Shown here: positions 1 to 11,266 of the stretch, one piece after another
Position numbering within the stretch: the first letter of the stretch is position 1
Layout: each line of letters begins with the position of its first letter
Assembly: GCF_001598795.1 (NCBI RefSeq)
Contig: NZ_BCZP01000002.1
Coordinates: forward strand, 1-32,000
Direction of reading: 5' to 3'
Origin: Delftia acidovorans NBRC 14950
GTDB lineage: Bacteria; Pseudomonadota; Gammaproteobacteria; Burkholderiales; Burkholderiaceae_C
Length of the DNA: 32,000 nucleotides
Position numbers and translations under genes: made by a program
The notes under the pieces: model-generated
Databases searched by the model: none
The model's input: only the letters and a program-made list of their open reading frames with translations
Told to the model about the DNA's origin: nothing

Positions 1-285
1 GGCGAATGGGACGTGCCCGCGCTCCCGGGCGCCACGCTCACCGGTCGCCTGATCTACACGGGCGCCCAGTGGGTGAATTCGGCCAACACGCTGAAGATGC
101 CCAGCTGGACCCGCGTGGACGTGGGCGCGCGCTATGCCACCCGCATCGCGGCCAAACCCGTCACCTTCCGCGCCACGGTGGAGAACCTGTTCGACAAGTC
201 CTACTGGGCCGGCAGCTTCAACGACAACTTCGCCACCACGGGCGGCCCGCGCACGGTACGTGTCTCGGCCACGGTGGACTTCTGA
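1..285 (+). CDS. TonB-dependent outer-membrane siderophore receptor, C-terminal fragment (5' end outside window)
   Basis: Frame +1 is open from base 1 to TGA 283-285. The tail ...RVDVGARYATRIAAKPVTFRATVENLFDKSYWAGS...GGPRTVRVSATVDF has the final beta-strands and terminal aromatic residue (F) typical of TonB-dependent receptors. A siderophore esterase/ABC operon follows directly. Confidence 0.85.
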   Translation, partial: GEWDVPALPGATLTGRLIYTGAQWVNSANTLKMPSWTRVDVGARYATRIAAKPVTFRATVENLFDKSYWAGSFNDNFATTGGPRTVRVSATVDF

Positions 286-289
286 CGCC

Positions 290-2056
290 ATGGCGCAAGC
301 TGCACGACAAGGCCTGTGCCTGGCCGCCTCGCTGCTGTGCCTGCTGGGCGCAGCCGTCCATGCCGGTGAAGACATGACGGCAGCCGCATCGCGGCAGGCC
401 CTGGCCGCACGGCCGGGCACGCTGGCGCCGGGCCAGGCGGCCACAGGGGTCCTGGCTGCCGATGGGCGCGAGTCCTGGCGCGTCGATCTGCCCGCCGGCC
501 ACGTGGTCCAGGGTGAATTCGAAGGGCAGGGCGTGGCCCTGGACCTGGAGGATGCCCAGGGCCGGCACCTGCGCCGCCTGGCGCGGCCCGATGGCGGCGC
601 GCAGTCGCTGATGTGGGTCACGGAGGGGGCCGGCAGGCAAAGGCTGGTGGCGCGCTACATCGCAACGGACGCGCTGATGGCCGGCGAGGTGAAATCCGCA
701 ACCGGCCGCTTTGCGCTGCGGTTGACCTCCAGTCTTGCGCCGTTGGGCGCCAAGGCTGTGCAGGCCCCGGAGCGGCCTGCGCTGGAAAGCCCACGCCTGC
801 AGGCCCTGGCCCAGGCCATCCAGCGCGGCGCGGGTTCGGGCGTGGCGGCAGACGCCTTCTGGCGGCGCGTGCAGGAGGAGGGCGCGCCGATGGTGGAGCC
901 GCTGCCCGGCGGCCAGTCCCTGGTCACCTTCCTGTGGCGTGGCCAGCCGCGCGCCGGCATGCAGGGGGTTCGCCTGTTCGGCAGCCCGGCCGGCAATCAC
1001 GATCCCTTGCAGCACCTCGACGGCAGCGATGTCTGGTGGGCCAGCTTCCGCATGGCAGACAACGCGCGGCTCAGTTACCGCCTGGCGCCCGATGTGCCGC
1101 TGATCGCAGGCTCGGCCATGGAGCAGCGCCGCGCTCTGCTGGCCACGGCGCAGCGCGATCCGCTCAATCCCAAGGTGTTTCCGCAGCCCCCCGAGGGCGG
1201 CTTCATCGACGCCTTCCAGGGCGCCTCCGTGCTGGAGCTGCCCAAGGCACCGCCCCAGCCCTGGGTGGCGCCGCGCGCGGGCGTGGCCCCGGGGGCGCTG
1301 GTGCAGCACCGCCTGTCCAGCCGCGTGCTGGGCAACAGCCGCGATGTCTGGACCTACCGCCCGGCGGGCGGCCAGGCGCCCGAGGCGCTTCTGGTGCTGT
1401 TCGACGGCAACGCCTATGCGAAGCAGGTGTCCACGCCCACCCTTATCGACAACCTCATGGCCGACGGCCTGATCCCGCCCACGGCCGTGGTGCTGGTGGA
1501 CAACGCCAGCCCGCAGGCGCGCGGCAGGGAGTTGCCGCCCAACACTGCTTTCGCACGCTTTCTGGATGAGGAGCTGATGCCCTGGGTGGGTGAACAGGGC
1601 CTGGGCCAGCCGGCGGCGCGCACGGTGATCGGTGGCTCCAGCTTTGGCGGCCTGGCCTCGGCCTATGCGGGTCTGGTCAATGCGCACTGGTTCGGCAACG
1701 TGCTGAGCATGTCGGGATCGTTTTGGTGGTCGCCGGCCGGCGAGGTGCCGGGCTGGGTGCAGCGCCGCTATGCCCAGGAGCCGCGCCAGCCCGTGCGCTT
1801 TTATCTGGATGCGGGCCGCTACGAGCGCGCACGCGGCGGGCAGGACGGCATCCTGGAAACCAACCGCCACCTGGCCGATGTGTTGCGCGCCAAGGGCTAC
1901 GAGGTCACTCAGGCCGAGCACGAGACCAGCCATGACTACCTGCAGTGGCAGGGCTCGCTGGCCTGCGGCCTGGTGGCCCTGCTCAATCCCGGGCGCTTTG
2001 CCCAGGGCCTGCCGGCCTGCGAGCGCATGCCGGACGGCACGCCGGCACTTCCCTGA
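290..2056 (+). CDS. Secreted enterochelin-esterase-like (Fes/IroD-type) siderophore esterase with an extra N-terminal domain
   Basis: ATG 290 lies 5 nt after the receptor stop and gives a Sec-type signal peptide, MAQAARQGLCLAASLLCLLGAAVHA. The upstream part of track ORF 134..2056 overlaps the receptor and is discounted. The protein has a Fes N-terminal-type module (LVTFLWRG...DVWWASF...SYRL) and an esterase module with GxSxG (GGSSFGGLAS) and a distal HDY. About 130 extra residues sit between the signal peptide and the Fes-like part. Confidence 0.8.
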   Translation: MAQAARQGLCLAASLLCLLGAAVHAGEDMTAAASRQALAARPGTLAPGQAATGVLAADGRESWRVDLPAGHVVQGEFEGQGVALDLEDAQGRHLRRLARPDGGAQSLMWVTEGAGRQRLVARYIATDALMAGEVKSATGRFALRLTSSLAPLGAKAVQAPERPALESPRLQALAQAIQRGAGSGVAADAFWRRVQEEGAPMVEPLPGGQSLVTFLWRGQPRAGMQGVRLFGSPAGNHDPLQHLDGSDVWWASFRMADNARLSYRLAPDVPLIAGSAMEQRRALLATAQRDPLNPKVFPQPPEGGFIDAFQGASVLELPKAPPQPWVAPRAGVAPGALVQHRLSSRVLGNSRDVWTYRPAGGQAPEALLVLFDGNAYAKQVSTPTLIDNLMADGLIPPTAVVLVDNASPQARGRELPPNTAFARFLDEELMPWVGEQGLGQPAARTVIGGSSFGGLASAYAGLVNAHWFGNVLSMSGSFWWSPAGEVPGWVQRRYAQEPRQPVRFYLDAGRYERARGGQDGILETNRHLADVLRAKGYEVTQAEHETSHDYLQWQGSLACGLVALLNPGRFAQGLPACERMPDGTPALP

Positions 2057-2109
2057 TGCCGCATAGGCCAATGTTTGAACTTCCTGGCAATACAGCAATC
2101 ACTGTAAAG

Positions 2110-3081
2110 ATGAACACCATGAATGCAAATCATTCCCGTCGCTGGATTCTGGCGAAGATGGGCCAGGGCCTGGGCGTGCTGGTCACGCTGCCGCTGGCGG
2201 CGCAGATGTCCCATGCCCAGACGGCAGCGGCTGGCAAGACCGTGACCGTGCCGCATGCCAAGGGCGAGGTCCAGGTGCCCTTCAAGCCCGTGCGCGTGCT
2301 GGTGTTCGAGCTGGCGGCGCTGGACACGCTGCAGGCGCTGGGCGGCGAGGTGCGGGGAGTGCCCGAGTTCAAGATGCCGCCGCTGCTGGCTCGCTATGCC
2401 GATGCGAAATACGCACGCATCGGCAGCCTGTTCGAGCCCGACTACGAATCCATCAAGGCGCTGTCGCCCGACCTCATCATCGTGGGCGGCCGCTCCGAGG
2501 CCAAGTACAAGGAGCTGTCACGCTTCGCGCCCGTGCTGGACCTCAGTGTCAGCGACCAGCACCAGATGGCCGACATCTACCGCAACATCCGCACGCTGGG
2601 CGCCGTCTACGGCCTGCAGGACAAGGCCGAGACCGAGGTCCGGTCGGTGGAGCAGGCCATCACTGCACTGCATGGCAAGGCGCAGGACGCCGGCAAGGGG
2701 CTGGTGCTGCTGACCTCGGGCGGCAAGCTCAGCGCCTACGGTCCGGGCTCGCGCTTCGGCATGCTGCACGATGTGTTCGGCGTGAAGCCGGCCATCGACA
2801 ACCTGACGGTGGCGCGCCATGGGCAGGTGGTCTCCTTCGAGTTCCTGCTCAAGACCAATCCCGACTGGCTGTTCGTCATCGACCGCGACGTGGCCATCGG
2901 CCAGGATGGCAAGACCGCCCAGCAACTGCTGGACAACCCGCTGGTGCGTGCCACCAAGGCCTGGCGCGGCAAGCAGGTGGTCTATCTGAACGCAGCCAAC
3001 TGGTACACCCTGTCCAACGCCGGGCCGGGCGCGCTGAAGGCCAATATCCAGCAATTGTCGGATGCCTTTGCCCGCACATGA
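2110..3081 (+). CDS. Periplasmic siderophore-binding protein of an ABC importer, CeuE/YclQ/VctP-like (catecholate class)
   Basis: ATG 2110 follows an AT-rich spacer. The N-terminus MNTMNANHSRRWILAKMGQGLGVLVTLPLAAQMSHA looks like a Tat/Sec signal. Full-length resemblance to CeuE-class binding proteins: LVFELAALDTLQALG, PDLIIVGGR, SAYGPGSRFGMLHDVFG, ARHGQ, NPDWLFVIDRD, NWYTLSNAG. Confidence 0.85.
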   Translation: MNTMNANHSRRWILAKMGQGLGVLVTLPLAAQMSHAQTAAAGKTVTVPHAKGEVQVPFKPVRVLVFELAALDTLQALGGEVRGVPEFKMPPLLARYADAKYARIGSLFEPDYESIKALSPDLIIVGGRSEAKYKELSRFAPVLDLSVSDQHQMADIYRNIRTLGAVYGLQDKAETEVRSVEQAITALHGKAQDAGKGLVLLTSGGKLSAYGPGSRFGMLHDVFGVKPAIDNLTVARHGQVVSFEFLLKTNPDWLFVIDRDVAIGQDGKTAQQLLDNPLVRATKAWRGKQVVYLNAANWYTLSNAGPGALKANIQQLSDAFART

Positions 3082-3127
3082 CGTCAAAGCGTTGAGCCCG
3101 CCTGTCGCCGCCGCGCACGCCGCGCCC

Positions 3128-4111
3128 ATGTCACGCCCCTCTCGCCAGGCCCTTGCCTGGCTTTTCGCGCTGGGCCTGTTGCTGGCGCTGTCGCTGGCCA
3201 GCCTGATGGTGGGCGCGGGCGACATGCACTGGAGCGTGCTGTGGTCGCGCAACGAGGACGACCTGGCCAGCCAGGTGCTGGTCTACAGCCGCGTGCCGCG
3301 CACGCTGGCCCTGGTGCTGGCCGGCGCATCAATGGCGGTCTGCGGACTGCTCATGCAGATGCTGGCGCGCAACCACTTCGTGGAGCCTTCCACCGTGGGC
3401 ACGGTGGAGTCGGCCAGCCTGGGCATGCTGGCCGCGTTCCTCTGGGTGCCGCATTGGCCGGTGATGGCCAAGATGGGCATCTCGGCCGTGGCGGCGCTGC
3501 TGGGCACGGCGCTGTTCCTGGCCGTGCTCTCGCGCATCCGGCTGCGTTCGTCGTGGATGGTGCCCCTGGTCGGCCTGGTGCTGGCCGGCGTGCTGGAGGC
3601 AGCCGCCAGCTTTCTGGCGCTGCAGTTCGACATGATGCAGGCACTCAAGTCCTGGTCCAACGGCGATTTCTCGCTGGTGGTTCAGGGCCGCTACGAGTTG
3701 CTGTGGCTGTCGCTGGGCGTCACGGCCCTGGCCTGCCTGGCGGCCGACCGCTTCACCGTGGCGGGCCTGGGCGAGAGCTTTGCCACCAACCTGGGCCTGA
3801 ACTACCGGCGCCTGGTCTGGCAAGGGCTGGTGGTGGTGGCCGTGGCCACCTCGGCCGTGGTGGTCACGGCCGGCAGCCTGCCCTTTGTGGGCTTGATCGT
3901 GCCCAATGTGGTGCGCCTGGTCCTGGGCGACAACGTGCGCCGCAGCGTGCTGTGGGTGGCGCTGATCGGCGCGGGCCTGACCGTGCTGTGCGACCTGGTC
4001 GGGCGGCTGCTGATCGCTCCCTATGAAATCCCCGTGGGCACCGTGCTGGGCGTGCTGGGCAGTGCCCTGTTCCTGGCGCTGATCCTGCGCCGCCGCAAGG
4101 ACCGTGCATGA
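3128..4111 (+). CDS. Iron-siderophore ABC transporter permease (FecCD family)
   Basis: ATG 3128 is chosen because ATG 3062 overlaps the upstream gene. The product is a multi-pass hydrophobic protein with the FecCD-type conserved loop (LPFVGLIVPNVVRLVLGDNVRRS). Its stop overlaps the next start (ATGA 4108-4111). Confidence 0.85.
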   Translation: MSRPSRQALAWLFALGLLLALSLASLMVGAGDMHWSVLWSRNEDDLASQVLVYSRVPRTLALVLAGASMAVCGLLMQMLARNHFVEPSTVGTVESASLGMLAAFLWVPHWPVMAKMGISAVAALLGTALFLAVLSRIRLRSSWMVPLVGLVLAGVLEAAASFLALQFDMMQALKSWSNGDFSLVVQGRYELLWLSLGVTALACLAADRFTVAGLGESFATNLGLNYRRLVWQGLVVVAVATSAVVVTAGSLPFVGLIVPNVVRLVLGDNVRRSVLWVALIGAGLTVLCDLVGRLLIAPYEIPVGTVLGVLGSALFLALILRRRKDRA

Positions 4112-5106
4112 GCAGCCTGCCGCAATCCGTTGCTTCCGATGAGCCTGCAGCGCGCAGCTGGGGCCATGGCGCGCGCCTGGCGCTGCTGGGCGCGCTGGCC
4201 CTGCTGTGCCTGCTGGCCTTCATGACCGTGGGCGTCAAGACCGACTGGGCCTTCGTGCTGGAGCACCGGGGCGCCAAGGTGCTGACCATGACGCTGGTGG
4301 CCTGTGCCATCGGCCTGTCCACCGTGGTGTTCCAGACCGTGTCGCACAACACCATCCTCACGCCTTCCGTCATGGGGCTGGATGCGCTGTACCTGTTCGT
4401 GCAGGCGTCCATGGTGCTGATGCTGGGCGCGGCGGGCGTGTCCGCCATGGGCGAGGTCGGGCGCTATGCGCTCAACATCGTGCTGATGATGGGCTTCAGC
4501 GTGCTGCTGATGCGCTGGCTGTTCGTGGGCCATGCCAGCAGCCTGCACCTGATGCTGCTGGTGGGCATGGTGGGCGGCATCTTCTTTCGCAGCCTGGCCG
4601 GGCTGGCCATGCGCGTGCTCGATCCCAATGAGTTCACGGCGCTGCAGGACCGCATGTTCGCCAACTTCAACGCGGTGAACCTGCAGCTGCTGCTGCCGTC
4701 GCTGCTGCTGATCGCCCTGGGCAGCGCCTGGATCTGGCGCCAGCGCCGCGTGCTGGACGTGATCTCGCTGGGGCGCGATGCCGCCGTCAGCCTGGGCCTG
4801 GACTACGAGGGCCGCGTGCTGCGGCTGCTCGCCGTGGTGGCCTGCATGGTGGCCGTGTCCACGGCCCTGGTCGGCCCGGTGATCTTCTTCGGCCTGCTGG
4901 TCAGCAACATGGCCTATCACGCCATGGGCACGCGCCGCCATGCCTGGGTGCTGCCTGCGGCCGTGCTCTGGGGCTGCGTGCTGCTCATGGGCGGGCAGGT
5001 GCTGCTGGAGCAGCTTTTTCAATTCAATACCGTGCTGAGCATCGTGGTGGAGTTCCTGGGTGGAATCGTCTTCATCGTGCTGCTCATGCGCAAGGGGACC
5101 CAATGA
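4108..5106 (+). CDS. Iron-siderophore ABC transporter permease (FecCD family), second subunit
   Basis: The start overlaps the stop of the upstream permease. The product is hydrophobic and multi-pass, with the FecCD-type loop GPVIFFGLLVSNMAYHAMGTRRH. The stop overlaps the ATPase start (ATGA 5103-5106). Confidence 0.85.
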   Translation: MSSLPQSVASDEPAARSWGHGARLALLGALALLCLLAFMTVGVKTDWAFVLEHRGAKVLTMTLVACAIGLSTVVFQTVSHNTILTPSVMGLDALYLFVQASMVLMLGAAGVSAMGEVGRYALNIVLMMGFSVLLMRWLFVGHASSLHLMLLVGMVGGIFFRSLAGLAMRVLDPNEFTALQDRMFANFNAVNLQLLLPSLLLIALGSAWIWRQRRVLDVISLGRDAAVSLGLDYEGRVLRLLAVVACMVAVSTALVGPVIFFGLLVSNMAYHAMGTRRHAWVLPAAVLWGCVLLMGGQVLLEQLFQFNTVLSIVVEFLGGIVFIVLLMRKGTQ

Positions 5107-5861
5107 TCGAGGTGCGTGATCTGCTCAAGCGCCATGGCGGCACGGCAGTGCTGCAGGAGCTCAATTTCGATGTGCCCGAGCGGGCGCTGACGGCCATCAT
5201 CGGGCCCAACGGGGCGGGCAAGTCCACGCTGCTGTCCCTGGTCAGCCGCCTCATGCCCATCACGGCGGGCAAGGTGCGGGTGGCCGGCCTCGACGTGGCC
5301 ACCACGCCCACCGAGGCGCTGGCGCGCATCATGGCCATCCTGCGCCAGGACAACCAGAGCACGCTGCGCCTGACGGTGCGCGACCTGGTGGGCTTTGGCC
5401 GCTTTCCGCACAGCAAGGGCCGGCTGGGCCCCGAAGACCTGCGCCATGTGGACGAGGCGCTGGAGTACCTGCAGCTCACGCCGCTGGCCGAGCGCTTTCT
5501 CGACGAGCTGTCAGGCGGCCAGCGCCAGCGCGCCTACATCGCCATGGTGCTGTGCCAGGACACGCCCTTCATCCTGCTGGACGAGCCGCTGAACAACCTG
5601 GACATGGCCCACGCTGTCAGCATGATGGGCCTGCTGCGCCGCGCCGTCACCGAGCGCGGAAAGACCGTGGTCATGGTGCTGCACGACATCAACTTCGCCT
5701 CCTGCTACGCCGACCACATCATCGCGCTCAAGGACGGACGCCTGGCCGTGGCGGGCACGCCGGCCGAGGTTGTGCAGGACGAGGTTCTCAGCACCCTCTA
5801 CGGCATCCCCGTCAGCGTGCACGAGGTCAAGGGCCGCAGGCTCTGCCATTACTTTGGTTGA
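5103..5861 (+). CDS. Iron-siderophore ABC transporter ATP-binding protein
   Basis: Walker A GPNGAGKST, ABC signature LSGGQRQR, Walker B FILLDEP and H-loop VLHD are present. The gene is translationally coupled to the permease. Confidence 0.9.
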   Translation: MIEVRDLLKRHGGTAVLQELNFDVPERALTAIIGPNGAGKSTLLSLVSRLMPITAGKVRVAGLDVATTPTEALARIMAILRQDNQSTLRLTVRDLVGFGRFPHSKGRLGPEDLRHVDEALEYLQLTPLAERFLDELSGGQRQRAYIAMVLCQDTPFILLDEPLNNLDMAHAVSMMGLLRRAVTERGKTVVMVLHDINFASCYADHIIALKDGRLAVAGTPAEVVQDEVLSTLYGIPVSVHEVKGRRLCHYFG

Positions 5862-6043
5862 ACATGCGGCGTTTCGGGCTTGGCGCTTGAACCTGGCGCG
5901 GCCTGAGGCGAGGGACACCAAGCAAGGGCCTAAGCCGGCCGCGCCGCCCCGCCGCGAGGGTGTCGCTGGCTGCCCGTACGCCCCCCCTCCCTCGCGAAGC
6001 GGGTAGAGAGGCGCCGTGCAACGGGGGGAAGGCGCGAAGCGAC

Positions 6044-7144
6044 TCAGGGGGTGCTTTTCTTCTTCAGCAGCATGGAATCGCCATAGCTGAAGAAACGGTA
6101 CTCCTGCGCAATCGCATGGCGGTACAGCGCCATCACCTGCTCGTAGCCCGCGAAGGCACTGACCAGCATCATCAGCGTGCTCTTGGGCAGGTGGAAGTTG
6201 GTGATCAGCAGATCGACCACCTGGTACTCGAAGCCGGGCGTGATGAAGATGCGCGTGTCGCCGGAGAACTGGCCCGTCTGGGCCCAGGACTCCAGCGTGC
6301 GCACCGTGGTCGTGCCCACGGCGACGACGCGGCCGCCGCGCTGGCGGCAGCGTTCCAGCGCAGCCAGCGTGGCCAGCGGGATCTCGTACCACTCGCTGTG
6401 CATCTGGTGGTCGGCCAGGTTCTCGGTCTTCACGGGCTGGAAGGTGCCGGCGCCCACGTGCAGCGTGACGCTGGCGCGCTCGATGCCGCGCTCGGCCAGG
6501 CGGGCCAGCACGGCGTCGTCAAAGTGCAGGGCGGCCGTGGGCGCGGCCACGGCGCCGGGGCGGGCCGCGAAGACGGTCTGGTAGCGCTCGCTGTCTTCGG
6601 CGGCGTCGGGGTCGTTGCCGGTGTCCTGGTGGCGCTCGATATAGGGCGGCAGCGGCAGGTGGCCGAAGCGCTCCATCAGCTCGTGCGGCGTCTCGCCGCG
6701 CGGGCCTTCGAAGCTCAGGTGGAACAGCGGGCCGTTCTCGTCGGGCCAGCGGCCGCGCAGCACGGCGTCGAAGCCGCCGCGGTTCTTGCCGCCGCACAGG
6801 TGGATGCGTGAGCCGGGCAGGGGCTTCTTGCTGACGCGCATGTGGGCCACGACATCGTTGCCTTCGAGCACGCGCTCGACCAGCAGCTCCAGCCGGCCGC
6901 CGCTGGCCTTCTCGCCGAAGATGCGCGCCTTGAGCACGCGCGTGTCGTTGAACACCAGCAGGTCGCCGGGCTGCAGCAGGTCGGGCAGCTCGTGGAAGAT
7001 GCGGTCGGTGGGCGGGGTGGCATCGTCGCGGCCGTCGAGCAGGCGCGAGGCGCTGCGCTGGGCGGCAGGATGCTGGGCGATCAGGTTCTCAGGAAGCTCG
7101 AAGTCGAAATCGCTGAGCGAAAACACACGGGACAGGGAGGACAT
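6044..7144 (-). CDS. queA: S-adenosylmethionine:tRNA ribosyltransferase-isomerase
   Basis: ATG 7144 gives [27 protein letters not shown], a canonical QueA N-terminus. Full-length QueA-like blocks follow ([50 protein letters not shown]). The 22 codons upstream in the track ORF are discounted. Confidence 0.93.
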   Translation of the reverse strand: MSSLSRVFSLSDFDFELPENLIAQHPAAQRSASRLLDGRDDATPPTDRIFHELPDLLQPGDLLVFNDTRVLKARIFGEKASGGRLELLVERVLEGNDVVAHMRVSKKPLPGSRIHLCGGKNRGGFDAVLRGRWPDENGPLFHLSFEGPRGETPHELMERFGHLPLPPYIERHQDTGNDPDAAEDSERYQTVFAARPGAVAAPTAALHFDDAVLARLAERGIERASVTLHVGAGTFQPVKTENLADHQMHSEWYEIPLATLAALERCRQRGGRVVAVGTTTVRTLESWAQTGQFSGDTRIFITPGFEYQVVDLLITNFHLPKSTLMMLVSAFAGYEQVMALYRHAIAQEYRFFSYGDSMLLKKKSTP

Positions 7145-7242
7145 GCAGTGCTTGAGGGCCGGACATGGCCCGTTCCAAGTTCGTTGAACGGAAGTCCGCC
7201 ATTGTCGCAAACCCTGGGGTCATCCCCGGAATTTCGCGGCGG

Positions 7243-8502
7243 TCACTTGGCCATCTGGGCCTGTGTCTGGGGCTGCCGCTCGAACTCCAGCCACAGCGTC
7301 TCCAGATCCGGGAAGTCCCAGTTCGCCGGGTCTTCGCGCGCGATGATGCGGTCGTTGCCCTGGCTCTCGGACAGGTCCTCGATCTCGGGCGTGACGCGGC
7401 AGGCCTGGCGCAGCGAATAGAACACCTTGACGCGCGGCGCCAGCAGGCTGCCCGGCGAGGCATCGACCACGACGGCCAGGCGCTGCGAATGCAGGCGCAC
7501 CAGCGAGCCCAGCGGATAGATGCCCACGGTCTGCACGAACTGCTCGAACAGCCGCTTGTCGAAATGGCGGGGGCTCCACTCGGCCATGCGCCGCAGTGCC
7601 TCCGAGGGCGGCCAGCCCTTCTTGTAGGGCCGGTCCGAGGTGATGGCGTCGTAGACATCGCAGATCGCCGTCATGCGCGCCAGCAGGCCGATGTCGCCCT
7701 GCTGCAGTCCGTCGGGGTAGCCGCTGCCGTCCACCTTTTCGTGGTGGTGCAGGCAGGCATCGATGACCTCGTCGTCCAGGCCCAGCGGGCGCAGCAGCTG
7801 CTCGCCATGGCGTGGGTGGGCACGCATCAGCGCCCATTCCGCATCGTCCAGCGGCCCCGGCTTGTTGAGCACGGCAACCGGGATCGCGGTCTTGCCCAAA
7901 TCGTGCATGAGGCCGGCCATGCCGGCCTTGCGCAGGCTGTGGTCGTCCAGGCCCATGCGCTTGGCCAGCGCCACCATCAGCGCGCACACGGCCAGGCTGT
8001 GCATGTAGGTGTAGTCGTCGGCCGTCTTCAGCCGTGCCAGGCCGATCAGGGCGTGGGGATTGCGCGCCACGGAGGCCGTCACATCGTCCACCAGCTGCCC
8101 GGCGGCCGTGGCGTCCACGGGCCGGCCCAGGCGCGCGTCGCTGAACAGGCGGCTGAGCAATTGCTTGGCCTGCACGCAGGTCTGGGCGGCGCGGCGCAGC
8201 TCGGTGGCGGTGGAAATGGGGGCCGTGCTCTGCTCGGAGACAGGGCGGGCGCTGTCCGGGATCTGGTGGCGAAGCTCGTCCTGCGGGTCAAAGCGCAGGC
8301 AAGGCACCTGGACACCTACGTCCAGGCCCTTGCGCACGTCGATCCAGACCTCCTGGATGGAGGTGGAGCGCAGGCGCTGGAGGTCGGCCTCGGAGCGGAG
8401 CAGGAAACGGGTTCGCCAAAAAGGATGCTCCATCCAGGAGCCGCAGAACTCGTGCAGGAACATGCCCAGAGTGACATGCTGGACATTGATACGCTTCAAC
8501 AT
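7243..8502 (-). CDS. HD-GYP domain cyclic-di-GMP phosphodiesterase with DUF3391-like N-terminus
   Basis: The N-terminus is MLKRINVQHVTLGMFLHEFCGSWMEHPFW. The C-terminal HD-GYP module has LMHDLGK and HHHEKVDGSGYPDGL. Confidence 0.9.
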   Translation of the reverse strand: MLKRINVQHVTLGMFLHEFCGSWMEHPFWRTRFLLRSEADLQRLRSTSIQEVWIDVRKGLDVGVQVPCLRFDPQDELRHQIPDSARPVSEQSTAPISTATELRRAAQTCVQAKQLLSRLFSDARLGRPVDATAAGQLVDDVTASVARNPHALIGLARLKTADDYTYMHSLAVCALMVALAKRMGLDDHSLRKAGMAGLMHDLGKTAIPVAVLNKPGPLDDAEWALMRAHPRHGEQLLRPLGLDDEVIDACLHHHEKVDGSGYPDGLQQGDIGLLARMTAICDVYDAITSDRPYKKGWPPSEALRRMAEWSPRHFDKRLFEQFVQTVGIYPLGSLVRLHSQRLAVVVDASPGSLLAPRVKVFYSLRQACRVTPEIEDLSESQGNDRIIAREDPANWDFPDLETLWLEFERQPQTQAQMAK

Positions 8503-8696
8503 GGCATTCGGTGGCGGGGTAACACTACGTAACGTCAGCGTGCATGGTAGCGGCTTCCCCAGAGACCCGGGGCCTCAAGGGTGCTTTGGGCAAGGGCATC
8601 CGGCATGAACGTGGCGTGTTGCCTACACCTGTATATTCATACACTATGCTGCATGCCCGCCCATGCCCGTGCGCATGCTCTGAAACAGGATAGCCC

Positions 8697-10931
<2,235 letters not shown>

Positions 10932-11115
10932 TCGGCCCGTTCCATTCCTGTCGGGTGGCTGTGTTACGTATTTTTACGTGTCCAGGCGCTGCCTGGCGGC
11001 GACCTCTTCCGCAGGCCTGCAGCCCGCGCCAGACATGGTTTCCACACGCGTTGTAGCCATCGAAATGGAGCGCTTCATGCCGTCCTGGCGGTGACAGCGC
11101 CGTCCCGTTACGGCA

Positions 11116-11152
11116 TTGAATATTTGTGACCTTTTGGTACATTGAGTCACAA
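11116..11152 (+). promoter_or_regulatory. Candidate sigma70-like promoter with overlapping operator upstream of the MHYT gene
   Basis: This is an AT-rich island. TTGAAT (11116-11121) is separated by 16 nt from TACATT (11138-11143). A perfect 7-bp inverted repeat, TTGTGAC (11124-11130) / GTCACAA (11146-11152) with a 15-nt spacer, overlaps the spacer and the -10 element. Confidence 0.3.
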
Positions 11153-11266
11153 AAAACAGGGTAGCTCCATCCGGGAGGGGATGGCCTGCCAAGCCTCCCC
11201 CACGGGGAGGACGGCCGCGATCACTCTTGTGTTGTCCCATTTTTCTGCGAATGAGGAGCTGCCAAC

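Noticed and set aside
218-2098. Very long ORFs antisense or out of frame to recognised genes. Examples are 218..2098(-), 4021..5103(-), 7165..8532(+), 8637..10886(-), 12000..13241(-), 13715..15853(-), 20979..22040(-), 25322..26600(+), 28390..30222(+), 30071..30889(+) and 31166..31927(-).
   Set aside because: Each overlaps a gene with clear family motifs in another frame or on the other strand. Their translations are Arg/Ala/Gly/Pro/His-rich and motif-free, as expected for stop-poor shadow frames in very GC-rich DNA.
2057-2109. The AT-rich spacer before the binding-protein gene (..caatacagcaatcactgtaaag..) was examined for a Fur box or internal iron-regulated promoter.
   Set aside because: By eye, only about half of the 19-bp Fur consensus positions match. 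The main iron-regulated promoter is expected upstream of the receptor gene, outside the window.
5862-6043. The intergenic region between the convergent ATPase and queA genes has a C7 tract (5981-5987), a G6 tract (6023-6028) and a repeated GCGAAGCG. It was considered as a REP element, a bidirectional terminator or a slippage tract.
   Set aside because: Only weak or imperfect pairing is present (CCTCTCT/AGGGAGG with a wobble on the minus strand) and there is no U-tract. No second copy exists in the window to support a repeat family. The tracts are non-coding, so phase variation has no obvious target.
11124-11152. TGTGA....TCACA was considered as a CRP site, and TGGTAC (11136-11141) as a sigma54 -24 element.
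   Set aside because: The half-sites are separated by 17 nt, not the canonical 6 nt of CRP sites. No TTGC -12 element lies at the correct distance from the GG, so neither classical motif is supported. The region is kept only as a generic inverted-repeat operator candidate.
10974-11240. Small ORFs in the recG-MHYT intergenic region (88 aa on the minus strand, and a 19-codon ORF at 11035..11094 on the plus strand) were considered as possible small proteins.
   Set aside because: They have no ribosome-binding site, no recognisable motif, and a composition typical of random GC-rich frames.
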